Below are positions 50,047-61,329 of a stretch of 64,000 nt of DNA, one piece after another. A program made the translations under genes and the position numbers. The notes below the pieces were generated by a model, which did not search any database, was not told where the DNA came from, and saw nothing but the letters and a program-made list of their open reading frames with translations. This DNA comes from Rhynchobatus australiae (taxonomy: Eukaryota): NCBI GenBank assembly GCA_034780895.1, contig JAUZTB010000062.1, forward strand, positions 15,097,262-15,161,261, written 5' to 3'. Position 1 is the first letter of the stretch. The number at the start of each line of letters is the position of its first letter.

Positions 50047-52497
50047 GTAAATAAACGGGGGAAGGAAGGGAGCAAAACTCCCACTCAGCTGCAAGAAATA
50101 TTTTTTTTTTAAAAAGGCTGGAGAATAAAGAGGGTCAAAAACGAGAGCTTTCGAAATTGGGGGGCCTAGAGAAAGCGGGATGGTCAGCTTCAGTCTTGCG
50201 GTGCAGATGTGACTGGGACAACTGGAAAGTCTGGGAGGTTGGAGAAAAGCGTAGCTAGACATTCCAAGTTAGGATAGCCCTTCTAAAGTGGGAGAAGGTA
50301 GAGCGGGATCCAATGTCAGCGGATGGCATTGCCGTTCCTGGGGTNNNNNNNNNNNNNNNNNNNNNNNNNNNNNNNNNNNNNNNNNNNNNNNNNNNNNNNN
50401 NNNNNNNNNNNNNNNNNNNNNNNNNNNNNNNNNNNNNNNNNNNNNNNNNNNNNNNNNNNNNNNNNNNNNNNNNNNNNNNNNNNNNNNNNNNNNNNNNNNN
50501 NNNNNNNNNNNNNNNNNNNNNNNNNNNNNNNNNNNNNNNNNNNNNNNNNNNNNNNNNNNNNNNNNNNNNNNNNNNNNNNNNATTACAGAACGTCGTTCTA
50601 ACGACTATCTGCGATGTTCCTATTTCAGAGGCTCCTCTGCACTTCTCTCTTATGCACCTGCTGGTACACAAGTGTGGTTTTAAAGGGGCAACGCTAATTT
50701 AACCATCATTGTAACCTGAAAAATAGCAAGGTCGCGCAGAGTTGCATATCCTTTTTAATTAGGTACACGATAATCGATCCGAGTGGTTAGTAGCTCACGG
50801 GGTTGCCATAGCTGCCTGCAATCATGTGAATAAATATAGTGGAGTCATGCTGCGTGTAACAGGACGGGAGGGACGGAAAGTTGCTTATAAACAGGCTAGG
50901 ATTAATTGGGCAGTCAATAACGCGTTGCTTTTAAAAGAATAATGTATTCTTGCATTTAGTCGAAGCTGACTGCATTATTTTTCTTTTAGATGTGATTAGA
51001 AAGACCATAGCAAACGGGGTAGGTTAGCGATTGCAACTGCAGTATTCCATTTCTACCTGCTGCCAGTTGCAAGTTTTGTTCAGTTGGTTGGCAGTTCATC
51101 AGTGACCTTTTGCAAATTTTGACTGTTACAGGAGCACGCCAGTGAGCACATAACCACAGTAAATCACAACACTTGGTCTGTAAAAAAAAGATGGAATAAT
51201 AACGTCATGCTTTAATGCAATGCTTACTAAAGTACAAAAGCAATAGTCTTTGGTTGCATTATAAGTAATGTAACACTGCATTAATTCAAGTTAAATTAAT
51301 TCAGAACTCCACACTGTTAGAGATGTAATACAAAGCATTGCATTCATATACAGCAGGAATAGTTATAAAAACCAATTGAGGCGTGTTAAAGTGGCTAATT
51401 GTGTATTTACTTAAATAAAAAGTAGAAATGCAATTTATCCACTTAACATGCATCAGAAGATTAGTATGAGAATCACAAGATATATTTGTAAACAATAAAG
51501 TGAGCCAAAGAGGAAAGGAAGGAGCAGTTCCCTTGGGTTAGGGATAACAATTTTGAATGTGCATCTGTCCTTAGAGTGGAAGAACAAGTATTAGCAAACT
51601 GATCAAATACTTTGGGGATCATTTTGCTCACCTTTTGACTGGGCATATTTAGTTCAGTTGTACAGTTGAGATGCTTTATCATTAGTACAGTTGGCAGCTC
51701 AATAAACTCTCCTGACTAAATAACTCTCTGGTACTTTTGGGGAGCTTGCCATTAATATTCTATTTGTATATAAAGTTTGGAAATTGGAAATGTAATAAAC
51801 TGGAATATGAACAGCAAGTGGGGCAATATTCCCAGCCTGGATAGATATTGGAACAAATAAAGCTGATCTGCATATGGGGTTTCACTGTTCACTGGGTCAC
51901 AGAAGCATCATTTTAAGACCCAGGTCTGGCCAGTAAATCATGTTCCTTTCACAAACCCAGAGCTGATGTTTGTTGAGAATGGAAACTGTCCAATTCCATG
52001 TTAAATGGATTTGGTGCCAGTTGTGCTCAAAATCACATGTTAAAGGACTCTAACCATAACAACATTATTCCTTGCCCTAAAATCCTGATAATTGTTTCCT
52101 CAGTTTGTACTAAATTATTTGGAATATGTGTTCACCATAATAACTTCAACTTTAATGAAGAAGATTGCATTCATCCAAGTATAAATTTAGACAATACTTT
52201 CCTCAAGAAAATGCAAAACTTTACTGATATTTATCTTATAATAATATATTCTTGATGTTTAGGCATTCATTTGATGACAGAGATGTAAACACTACTAGTG
52301 GATCTTGATGTGTTTCTTTTAGTTTAAGGGATTTTTGATCATATCATGATGTTTCAGGTTAAGTCCTGAATATAATACAGCCAAGGATATCCAACCTTTC
52401 TCAAAGTGGGGGTAGAAGTTATTTCTTAAACTGATTATTAAGTTCATACGTATTAAGTGATTTTCATGCTCACCTTGTTTTTAATCATTGATTGCAG

Positions 52498-52564
52498 AGA
52501 GAGACAAGAGCAGTCAATGGGTTATCGTAAACGAGGACCCAAGCCCAAACACCTACTGGTTCAG
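52498..52564 (+). CDS. CBX4: CBX4 exon 4 (AT-hook-like motif)
   Basis: Acceptor attgcag; 67 nt encoding (R)ERQEQSMGYRKRGPKPKHLLVQ; donor GTAATG. Phases are consistent with exons 3 and 5. Confidence 0.96.
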
Positions 52565-53059
52565 GTAATGTTACCAGTCAAATACAGATCTGATCAGATA
52601 AACACAGGATGAAGAGTTAAATGCCATGTATTTTTGAGTTGCCCTGTTGCACAGAGTTTAATTAATATATTCTACTTTAAACTATATACACCTGCTTAGA
52701 ATAGTCAAATGAGTCAATGTCAGTGTAACGTTGTAAAACTGACATGGACCTTGGAGTACATGGGAGCATGTTGTTGATAACAAAAATGGATCCAAGAAAC
52801 AGTAAATTTGAGAATAAGATCATTTAGTTTTCTATTTCTTCAATAATAAAATTATTTTGAAATGTCACATAAACGTGATTAGCTCTTAAAGTGAAATTTA
52901 GCAAGTGTTTTGAATTATATCTTCTTGGATATAATTATATACAATTTCAAAATGAATTTGCAACATGCAATTGTTTAATATAATGTAATACATCTGAAAG
53001 TAATAAGGCATAAATCCAGCCTTTATAGGTTCATTTAAGGGAATATGCTTGTCACAAGC

Positions 53060-53640
53060 AAAGCCAGCAGAGATTACCCACCCTAGTCGCCCTTAAGAAG
53101 GTGATGATGAGCTTCATTCTTGAAGAATTGCAGTCTGATTGTACTATTGGGTGTAGCCCAGCATGATTAGTTTTCTTCAGAATGATAGATTGGAGATATA
53201 CACCAAGGCAAGATAAGTGTGACTTGGAGGGGAACCTAAAGATGGTGGGGACCACATGTGTCTACTACACTGGTCCATTTGGTGATGGAGGTTGAGGGAC
53301 TGTTGAGCACTACTGAAAGAGAAGAACTATTGCTGTCCAAAGCAATATATTGCAAGAAATAACCAAAACCTTTGTTCATACACTGGTGTGAACAAATATG
53401 AACTGATGATGATTGAACCATGGTTATCAGTTCTCAGAAAGTGATTAATCTGTAAGAATTGTTGGGATTTTGTGGAGACTCGGTGCTCCAAAGCATTGGC
53501 CAAAAAGGATCCAGTGGTACAGTTACTCAGGTACCACCACTGGGCTTCTCCCAATGTCTAGAATGGCTTGGAAGTGGAATAGAAGCATGTTTCTTGTGGT
53601 TGTGAATGGAGCTTGACTGGTGAGGGAGAAGTGGAATGAT
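53060..53640 (-). mobile_element. Old CR1-like LINE 3' fragment in CBX4 intron 4
   Basis: cccaccctagtcgcccttaagaaggtgatg...gtgtgacttggaggggaacctaaagatggtgg resembles the reverse complement of an elasmobranch CR1-like 3' end. Recognised from memory only. Confidence 0.5.
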
Positions 53641-53835
53641 TAGAAAACTAAACCATATGCCTGAATTAGTTAGACCTTGATAGAGGTACAACTTCACATT
53701 TCAAAGATCATTCAATATAGAAAGAGCCAGTCTACAGATTTAAGTTATAACCTTGCCTTATAATTCATGGATTCTAGATTATTTCCTGAAGGTTAAAATC
53801 CAAGTAATACTAATCTATGTATTCTGAATTTTCAG

Positions 53836-55318
53836 CTACCAGCTTTTGCTCGACGTTCAAATGTCCCTTCAGAGTTACAGGATACCTATGTAGAAGATGA
53901 ACGATCAAAAATTGAAATTCAGCAACAACCTATCAAACGTCAATATCAATTGAACAGTAAAAAGCTTCATCAGTACAAACCCTGTAACACAGAAGAACAA
54001 CGTCAACATCAAGTTACTAAACATTATTACCAACTCAACAGCAAGAAACATCATCATTATCAACCAGATATTATGTACCCCAGTCAGCAAGCTGATTGTC
54101 ACAGGAGTGAAACTGAATTAAACCAGGAGCAACATCAGTCAAGTCAAGAACAGGAAACACTACACAGTTTTATGAAGAGTGGAAGCCATACTCACGTTGT
54201 AGGTGTGGAGAAACCAGAGATCAAGGAAATGGATCCAAAATCTGGAAGTGGGCCAGAAATAGCCAAGGAAAGCGTAAAAAGCAATGGCATGAATGGTAGG
54301 ATGAAGATAGTGAAAAATAAAAATAAAAATGGTAGAATTGTAATAGTAATGAGCAAGTATATGGATAATGGGATACAGTCAGCAAAAGATAAGCACAGTA
54401 AGAATGGGGATGGAGGGAATGAGTCGGCGGCGAGCAAGACTGGAGAGCGAGAACTATGGATAGTCAAAAATGGCCATGGCAAAACTGCTGTTGCAGAGGA
54501 GAGAGTAGAGAAGGTCAAGGATAATAATATCGCAAATGGGCNNNNNNNNNNNNNNNNNNNNNNNNNNNNNNNNNNNNNNNNNNNNNNNNNNNNNNNNNNN
54601 NNNNNNNNNNNNNNNNNNNNNNNNNNNNNNNNNNNNNNNNNATCGCAAATGGGCGGCAAGATGTAACAAAGACTCTTAATGGAAACAAAAAGGCAGAGGA
54701 TGAGAAAGATGGTTACGTTACAGCTGTGGTGGTTAAAGAAACAGCAGTTTCAGCACAAAATAAAAATTTGAATGGGGAGGTAGGTGGCACAGAAAGAAAT
54801 GAGACAGCGAATAAGAAAGAGGGGAGACTTCAGAAGGATCAGTACCCCTTGGAGCAGGGGCACTGTAACAAACCAAATACACTNNNNNNNNNNACAGGGA
54901 TGGGCTATACTCCAATCTACCCCATTCCAGAAAGCGGTATCTGTCAGAACCCATTGTGGACAGTGAGGCCAAAAAACCAATGACGTGCAGAAGCATCAGT
55001 GTCCCTGGCAGTGCAGTACAACTGGAGCAAGAAGACCTAATTGAGACAGAGGCAGTCGATTGCTATCGAAATGTGGGAATCGATGGTATTTTGGACTCAA
55101 ATCCTGAACAACCAATTGATCTGAGCTGTGTCAAGTCCAGGCCGGTGCCTCAGAAGGTGGCAGCACAGCAGGCGGAGGTTGAGGAGAAAGAAGAAGCAGT
55201 GAAGGGGGATCAGCACTATCCTTGGACTGGACTCAAACCTTACCTTGGAAATCTGATTATCACAGATGTCACAGCAAACTGCCTCACTGTTACATTTAAG
55301 GAATATGTAACGGTGTGA
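53836..55318 (+). CDS. CBX4: CBX4 exon 5 (terminal coding exon), with two assembly gaps causing apparent frameshifts
   Basis: Acceptor aattttcag. Encodes LPAFARRSNV..., two YQLNSKKxHxYxP repeats, MKIVKNKNKNGRIVIVMSKYM (SIM1 IVIV at 54337-54348), RKRYLSE...RSISVP, PIDLS (55112-55126, CtBP motif) and the Pc box KPYLGNLIITDVTANCLTVTFKEYVTV* (TGA ends 55318). Confidence 0.95.
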
Positions 55319-56650
55319 AGGAGACTTAATCCAGTCCTAGAATTCATGTAGAATAAAGCAGAAATCTTTAGAGTGAATACACTCTTTATCCCAAATCTTC
55401 ATTCTTTAAATTGAACAGCTTATATGTATGAAAATGTATTTATAAATAGGCACATTTAATAAGTAGAAGTAAATAATGTTTCTGAAGCCAGACTGGAAGA
55501 CTGGCAGTGAAGGGCACTCGAGAACCTGCTTTCTTAAATTTGGATTTTTAATTTTTTTAAAGCAAAAATCTATGATCTGACACTTATTTACTAAAACCAT
55601 ATTAAAATATTTGATACGTTATTTCATTTTTTAATTATCAATTATTAATATTTGTGATAATATGTGTGCTATTTAAATGTGCAGATGCCTTGTATTTCCT
55701 GTCTGTTTGATATTTCCAAGGCTGATGAGCTTGTGCTGCTATTATAAAATTGTATTTTTTTTGTGCTTGAATGTAAATATGTGAAAACGCCTTTAATGAA
55801 ACGTATTCACTGTTGCAATAGTGCAACAGTTAGTAATATAAAGGAAGAATGTTGATATTCTGTTTTGTATCCAAGGCACGCCATTTTTGATCTGGCGTTT
55901 ATTACTACCAGCTGAACAGCGAATAGAAATTCTAAGAAACGAACTTGAGTCATATTACTAATTTGTGGCGCTCATTGTAAAATTAATATGCAGTCGTTGT
56001 GAAGTTACTCTCCCCAAGGACACTGGTACTGTTTCTGAGTGAGTAAAATGATGAATCTCTGGAGCTGCCTTTGAAATCTTACTGCACATTTTAGAGTAAC
56101 ATTCTATTCTATGTGTAGCTGTGGTTACCAGCTGGCGTCATTTCACGGAAACCACAGTTTTATTTGTGTCACATTGACAAACGGTGCAGATTAAAATAGT
56201 CAAGGAGGCAACATCCTGTGACTTGAGTGAAATAACTGTACATCAAAGTATCATTGCTCTTCAGACCTCTGACCCAGAAATGCTTCTTCACAGAGTATGT
56301 CATCAAAGTGACTGTAACTCTTCGCCGACCTCTCAGTGTATATATCTGGAAATGCAATCATGAAAAAGACATGACTACCATAATCCTACACGAGGTAGTC
56401 GTTTATCTAACCGATCGTGAAAAAAAATACATTATAACGATCCGGAATAAATACAAACCCAGGTGTAGAAGGGTTTTGGTTAGTCTTTTTTTAATCTTCT
56501 GGAGTAAACATTTGGTTTTACAATTTTAATTTTAACCTGTCATGATACATATTGCAATCGAGATCATTGTCGTAGAACGGGATCTAGGGAACGCGGCAAT
56601 CTGTGGTTACAGGACCGATTTAGGAATTGAAATGTGAAATAAAATGCAGG
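55319..56650 (+). promoter_or_regulatory. Probable CBX4 3' UTR with candidate polyadenylation signals
   Basis: AT-rich sequence after the stop, with AATAAA at 55352-55357, 56446-56451 and 56638-56643. The signal actually used cannot be determined from sequence. Confidence 0.5.
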
Positions 56651-57574
56651 CGCCATCTCAAAAAGAAGACTTCAAAATATTTGAAAGAGTTCTCCAGCTT
56701 GGGAAGAAGGAGACGGTGATTTGTAACCAATGCTGCGTAAACCTTTACATCGTGGATACGTCTGGACGGTTGCACTCAACTGATGTTCTAAAAATGTAAC
56801 CACCCAGGAGAGAGAAATATGCTAGTTGAAGGCCTTTGAGACGCTATTCTATGTGGCAGATCTGGCAGTTCCATGAAGGAGTCCATTGTACAGTCTTCCA
56901 GTGTCTTGTTTACAACTGGCACCTGAAGCAATGAGTATGGATTTATTTTGTCACTTTGCTCCAATTAATTGTCAGCTGGCCCTAACTTGGATAAACAGGG
57001 GTAGGGGTCGGAGGTATGTCGCGCTAAAGTGCATGTCTTCGACAGAGACTCCAGCAATATGTAACTACACGTGCCTGGAAGTTGCCAAGTCTGGCCCTCG
57101 CCAACTTGTATCCAGATCTTCTTAGATGTTTCCTTAGGGGAGGTGAACGTGCTCTCCATATCAAGCAGATGGAACTTGAGTCTGGGGATACGGTGTAGGG
57201 TTTACTATACCGAAAACTGAACCAACGTATGTTTCAGCCAGCATCAATATCAAACAAAACGTATTTGAAATAAAAAATATGGCGACTGTACACAGATCCA
57301 AACAAGCACAGCAAGAGGACTACAAACCGTGACAGATTCCAAGCACCGCCATCACATTTACGATGTATGCCTTAATTTCAGTTTGTACCGTTTGAACTTT
57401 GTAAATCTTGGAGATGTGCCAAGGGGTGTGATAATGACCATTATTCAATGGTAACTACATCCTAACCTTGAACACCTATTATTAGGCTGAGGTAAGTGAA
57501 TATTAGCTCCGTAGCCCAGCAGGACCGAAACTCGGATATCACCACTCTCAGCTGAAAAAAAATAACAATATCGA

Positions 57575-57670
57575 GAAATACTGTGGAAGCTGGAGATCTG
57601 ACACAAACAAAACTGCTGGAAATACTCGTCAGGCCTTAGTCCTGATGAAAGGTCACCGGCCTCAACGTTT
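57575..57670. repeat. Penelope-terminal-derived repeat with a hammerhead-like core
   Basis: aaatactgtggaagctggagatctgacacaaacaaaactgctggaaatactc (left arm as in the 31120 and 36543 copies), followed by ctgatgaaaggtcaccggcctcaacgtt. Confidence 0.6.
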
Positions 57671-60600
57671 CATAAATCATCTACCATGATCGATCCTCCT
57701 TTGGGTAACCAAATAAACATTTGATGATATCGTGTTGTGTACATATTTTTGAGTCCTGTCTATCTGAACATTACCTCCAGTACTTTTTGGAGGAGATTTG
57801 AATTGGACTTCTGATTGTAAAACTGTAGCCCCATTGTACGCAGATCAAAAGGCTTTGAAGAACTGAATCGTGGATCTAACACGCGCGGTACATGCTAATG
57901 TGCTCACAATAGGCGCCGCGCACATCTGCACCTCCAAATTATGGACTAATTTGCAACAACAACTATTATCCGGGACCTTTTATACCAGTACCGTAACATT
58001 CAGTCATCTAATTACAGTAGTTCTCAAACAAATCCGTCCGGGAGTTTGTTTGATTTCAATAGTTTCACCAAGAATCCCAGAAAGTGGCACAGTACAGAGC
58101 TGCCAAAGAACAACCTCATACTGTCATCCAGTTGGTTCTACACTCTGTTTCATTACCGCAAAGCCACTGTGTCCTAAAGCAGGGGCCAAAATTGAAAGTG
58201 CGAACATTTCTTCGGTGCAATCATATTGGCTTCGGTTCCGTAAAGTAAACATGAAACAACAGTAAACATGAATCATGGGCTCCTCCACAGTTCGGGAAAT
58301 ATAGTGTGCATTTCCAGCAATGCATGAGTAACTGCGACTGAGATCAGACCATGTCACAGGAAGCCCACACGTCTTTCATGAGGTCATCTCTCAAGCAAGT
58401 GACTTTGTAAGAATGTTTTAGATTGTGCGTGCCTCAATGGAGTTTATGTTTCGCTGTACACAGTTTGTACTGTGCCCTGATAAATCCTTGGAAGTTTTGA
58501 CGCAAACCAAACGAGTACAATGGGATTTTTGACAGTGGGGGTGCAATTTCATAGTTTCTAACGCTCTTAGGGACTTACATTACTGTCGACACGCAGGTTA
58601 AGTGTGCCAGTCTTATAAAAACACGGCACTTGGTATGCTTCATCGAGCCTGTTCCCAAAATTATTCGTCTGCCCACGGAAAATGCAATTTATTAGCTGGA
58701 TCACCTTCGTTAAATCACTGCAATCACCAGCTCATATTTTCTTTAATAAGGTAGAAAGACCATGCATTAGTAATCAGAATCTTAAATTCGGCCAAATATA
58801 GTTTAAAGCCTGAGATTAAGTTAGAACGATATCTCGTGCTAGTCAGGCGAGCGGTGCTGTGGGAAAACAACGACTGGTTTTAACTTTAATGTGCCATGTG
58901 GTCAGTCTGCTTCTGCAAATAACAATTAAAGATGCCATTTATGAGGTGTATTGATACGTCCGACTCCTGGAGGCGCTTTGCATTGGTCAGATGCGGCCGT
59001 GCCTTTGGACATGGTCTCTCACTATGCCCGCAGATGAGAGGTCCAGCTGATCTGCATCGGTTGAGGGGAGAAGGTTTCCCAAATAGCTTGTTGGTCCTGG
59101 GCTTTGCAACATCTCTCTGAGCCTCGGGAGGAGCCGCATGCTCCCATGTTGGTGTCAAGATCCGCACAAGGGAACGGTTACCGTTCGCCGACAACCCAGA
59201 TTTATAAAGTCTCTTTCTCCCGGGACTGACTTGTGAATGTAGTGTAACACTCGGCCGAGCCAATGTATTGTCAGGACTGGTAAACCGTGTTGGGTGTGGA
59301 TGTGGGTTTTGTTTTCCGCGAGGAAAGGGAAGTGGAATAAAAGGCCGCAAACATTCGCCGAACTAGTGTGCGGCCAATTACGTGGCTGTGTTTTAAGGCG
59401 CCATTTGCTGCAAGGGAGCCAGACACAAGCGAAGAGCTTCTCGATGTGAACCCACTGGGGTTTAAATGACGTGCACTAAACGAAAAAGTAAGCGCTGGTT
59501 CCCGCTGTGGGTCAGCCCTCTCCCCCTCCCCCCCGCCCCAAGGAGTCCAGGAAGCGCCTCCAGTTCGCTAAGCACCTGAGAGATGAGGCTCCTTCTCTCT
59601 ATCTGGCGTGATCTTCGCGACGCCAGCCCGCTCACCATTTTACAATTCACACTTCTAGATGCTTGGCGAGTCTCACACCCTCCCTCCGATGGCCAAGCAA
59701 TTCAGTGCACGATTCCTCCTGGAGCCCCGTGTTCCTGCGCGACCCGGGATGGAACTGTTGCCTCTCTATTCTCTCCCGTCATAGCCGCCCACCCGAGGAA
59801 CTAACGGTGTGATCCTTGGCACCACTGGAGACCAGTGCCATGCCCTCGGTCCGAGCACATTCACCCAAACACCAGTTTCTAGCCCAGGATTTGCAGATGA
59901 TAATGTCATGCATTCTTATTGCGCGAATCCGTTCATAATTCCTATTGTAACCCCCCCTCCGTCCTCGCAATGTTGCACGGACGCCCCTCTCCCCCACAGC
60001 TTCCTGAAAAAGGGTCGCTTGTCTTCAGAATCCAACAGTCCAAATCTAAAGTCCCAGGTTCTCTTCAACCGGCGACCCAGCTGATCGATAATCAGAGCCC
60101 GATATGTAAGGACGGGGGCGCCCCAGCCAGCTAATGTTGTCATTTACAGACGTGGCGATCGTTGAATGCCAATGCCTGAAGGAACTTCGATGTAGATGTC
60201 CCTGTTGCTGAGGCACGGACTGCATTGGCCGCCATATTTCGGTTTAAACGTGTCCGTCTGCAATAGTGATCTAGAATATCGGACAGGCTTTTAAACCGGA
60301 CAGGCTGCCTGCCGCTTCCTAACTTGCGGCACATTAATGTACTTCACCTGTTTATCAATATTAATGATGGAATCTTTCCAGCAATGGTCTCCTTTGCTGG
60401 GCTTGCTCCCTTTTGCTGCCTTCAAAGGAAACCGCTTACCAGAGCGAATTCCAACGCAGCGAACAATGGCCGGGTGCTCAGCCGCAGTGTGGTTTTACTG
60501 ATGTCGTTAGCTATTTATTGTGGGTGGGAACCCGGTTTTTTAAAAATAAATTTCCCCACTAAGTATCTGTTGGAAATACAGATCCTTCTCATTTCAACGC

Positions 60601-61329
60601 CAGTATTGCCCTGTGAGGTGGCTGTTGAAGGACCAGAATGAGTGACCGTACGCTTAACATTGGATTGTTTAAAGTTAAAAAAAATGTCATCGTTTTAAAG
60701 GACAATTTTGCTTAACAGTAAACTGTTGTCATTTTTTTATGTGGCGTAAATGTTCTGCTCATGCACAGTGGACGGCGAATATTGGCTTTAATAATTAAAT
60801 ACGCATGTAAATGGTCTTGAAACGATCTCGGCAAACGTTTCAGCTGTTCCCTTAGAACAGGATTATTATCCCACCCCAGACCAGGATTACTCGAATGCTA
60901 AAAGTACCGACCCGAAATAATACACATGAAACGAAACGATTTTCACACAATTACTCGGTTGAAAGGTGTCATAATTGTTAATTGACCACTCGGCTCTGTA
61001 TGCAAACGACTTCATTCGCATTATATCTTAATACCAAAGAAAATCCACTTCAATGTATTCGCAAATTCCGTTCCGGTGGTTCAAAAATCGCTGACAGAAG
61101 GGCAAACGATCACTCTAACACCTGTAGGAGCCCAGTGATGCAACGATAGCCCAGTTATCAACAGATTCTCAAACCTATAACTTCATCCATTTGGAATTTT
61201 TACTCCAATGAATCTGAGGTATATGTTTATCTGAGAACTAGATATGTTATATTGGATATCTCAGGTATAATTTACATTTAAATGAATCATATTGGGTATC
61301 CATGGTGCACCCTATAATCTTTAGTTACA

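Larger units (their letters stand above)
47550..51150. promoter_or_regulatory. CpG-rich promoter region of CBX4 covering the 5' UTR and exons 1-3
   Basis: CpG is visibly frequent here compared with 44.2-47.5 kb and 51.2-55.8 kb. CCAAT at ~48871; GA-rich, GC-rich leader at 49130-49417. TSS not determinable. Confidence 0.7.

Noticed and set aside
49037-50262. Antisense and alternate-frame ORFs (103-194 aa) over CBX4 exons 1-3
   Set aside because: No recognisable domains; expected by chance in GC-rich sequence overlapping a real gene.
53938-54069. Internal duplication YQLNSKKxHxYxP in CBX4
   Set aside because: The same two-copy motif is present in human CBX4 as I recall it, so it is a conserved feature rather than a novelty.
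53950-55318. CBX4 as a pseudogene or as three separate genes (ORFs 53950, 54726, 54956)
   Set aside because: Both frame changes coincide exactly with assembly gaps. All splice sites and conserved motifs are intact.
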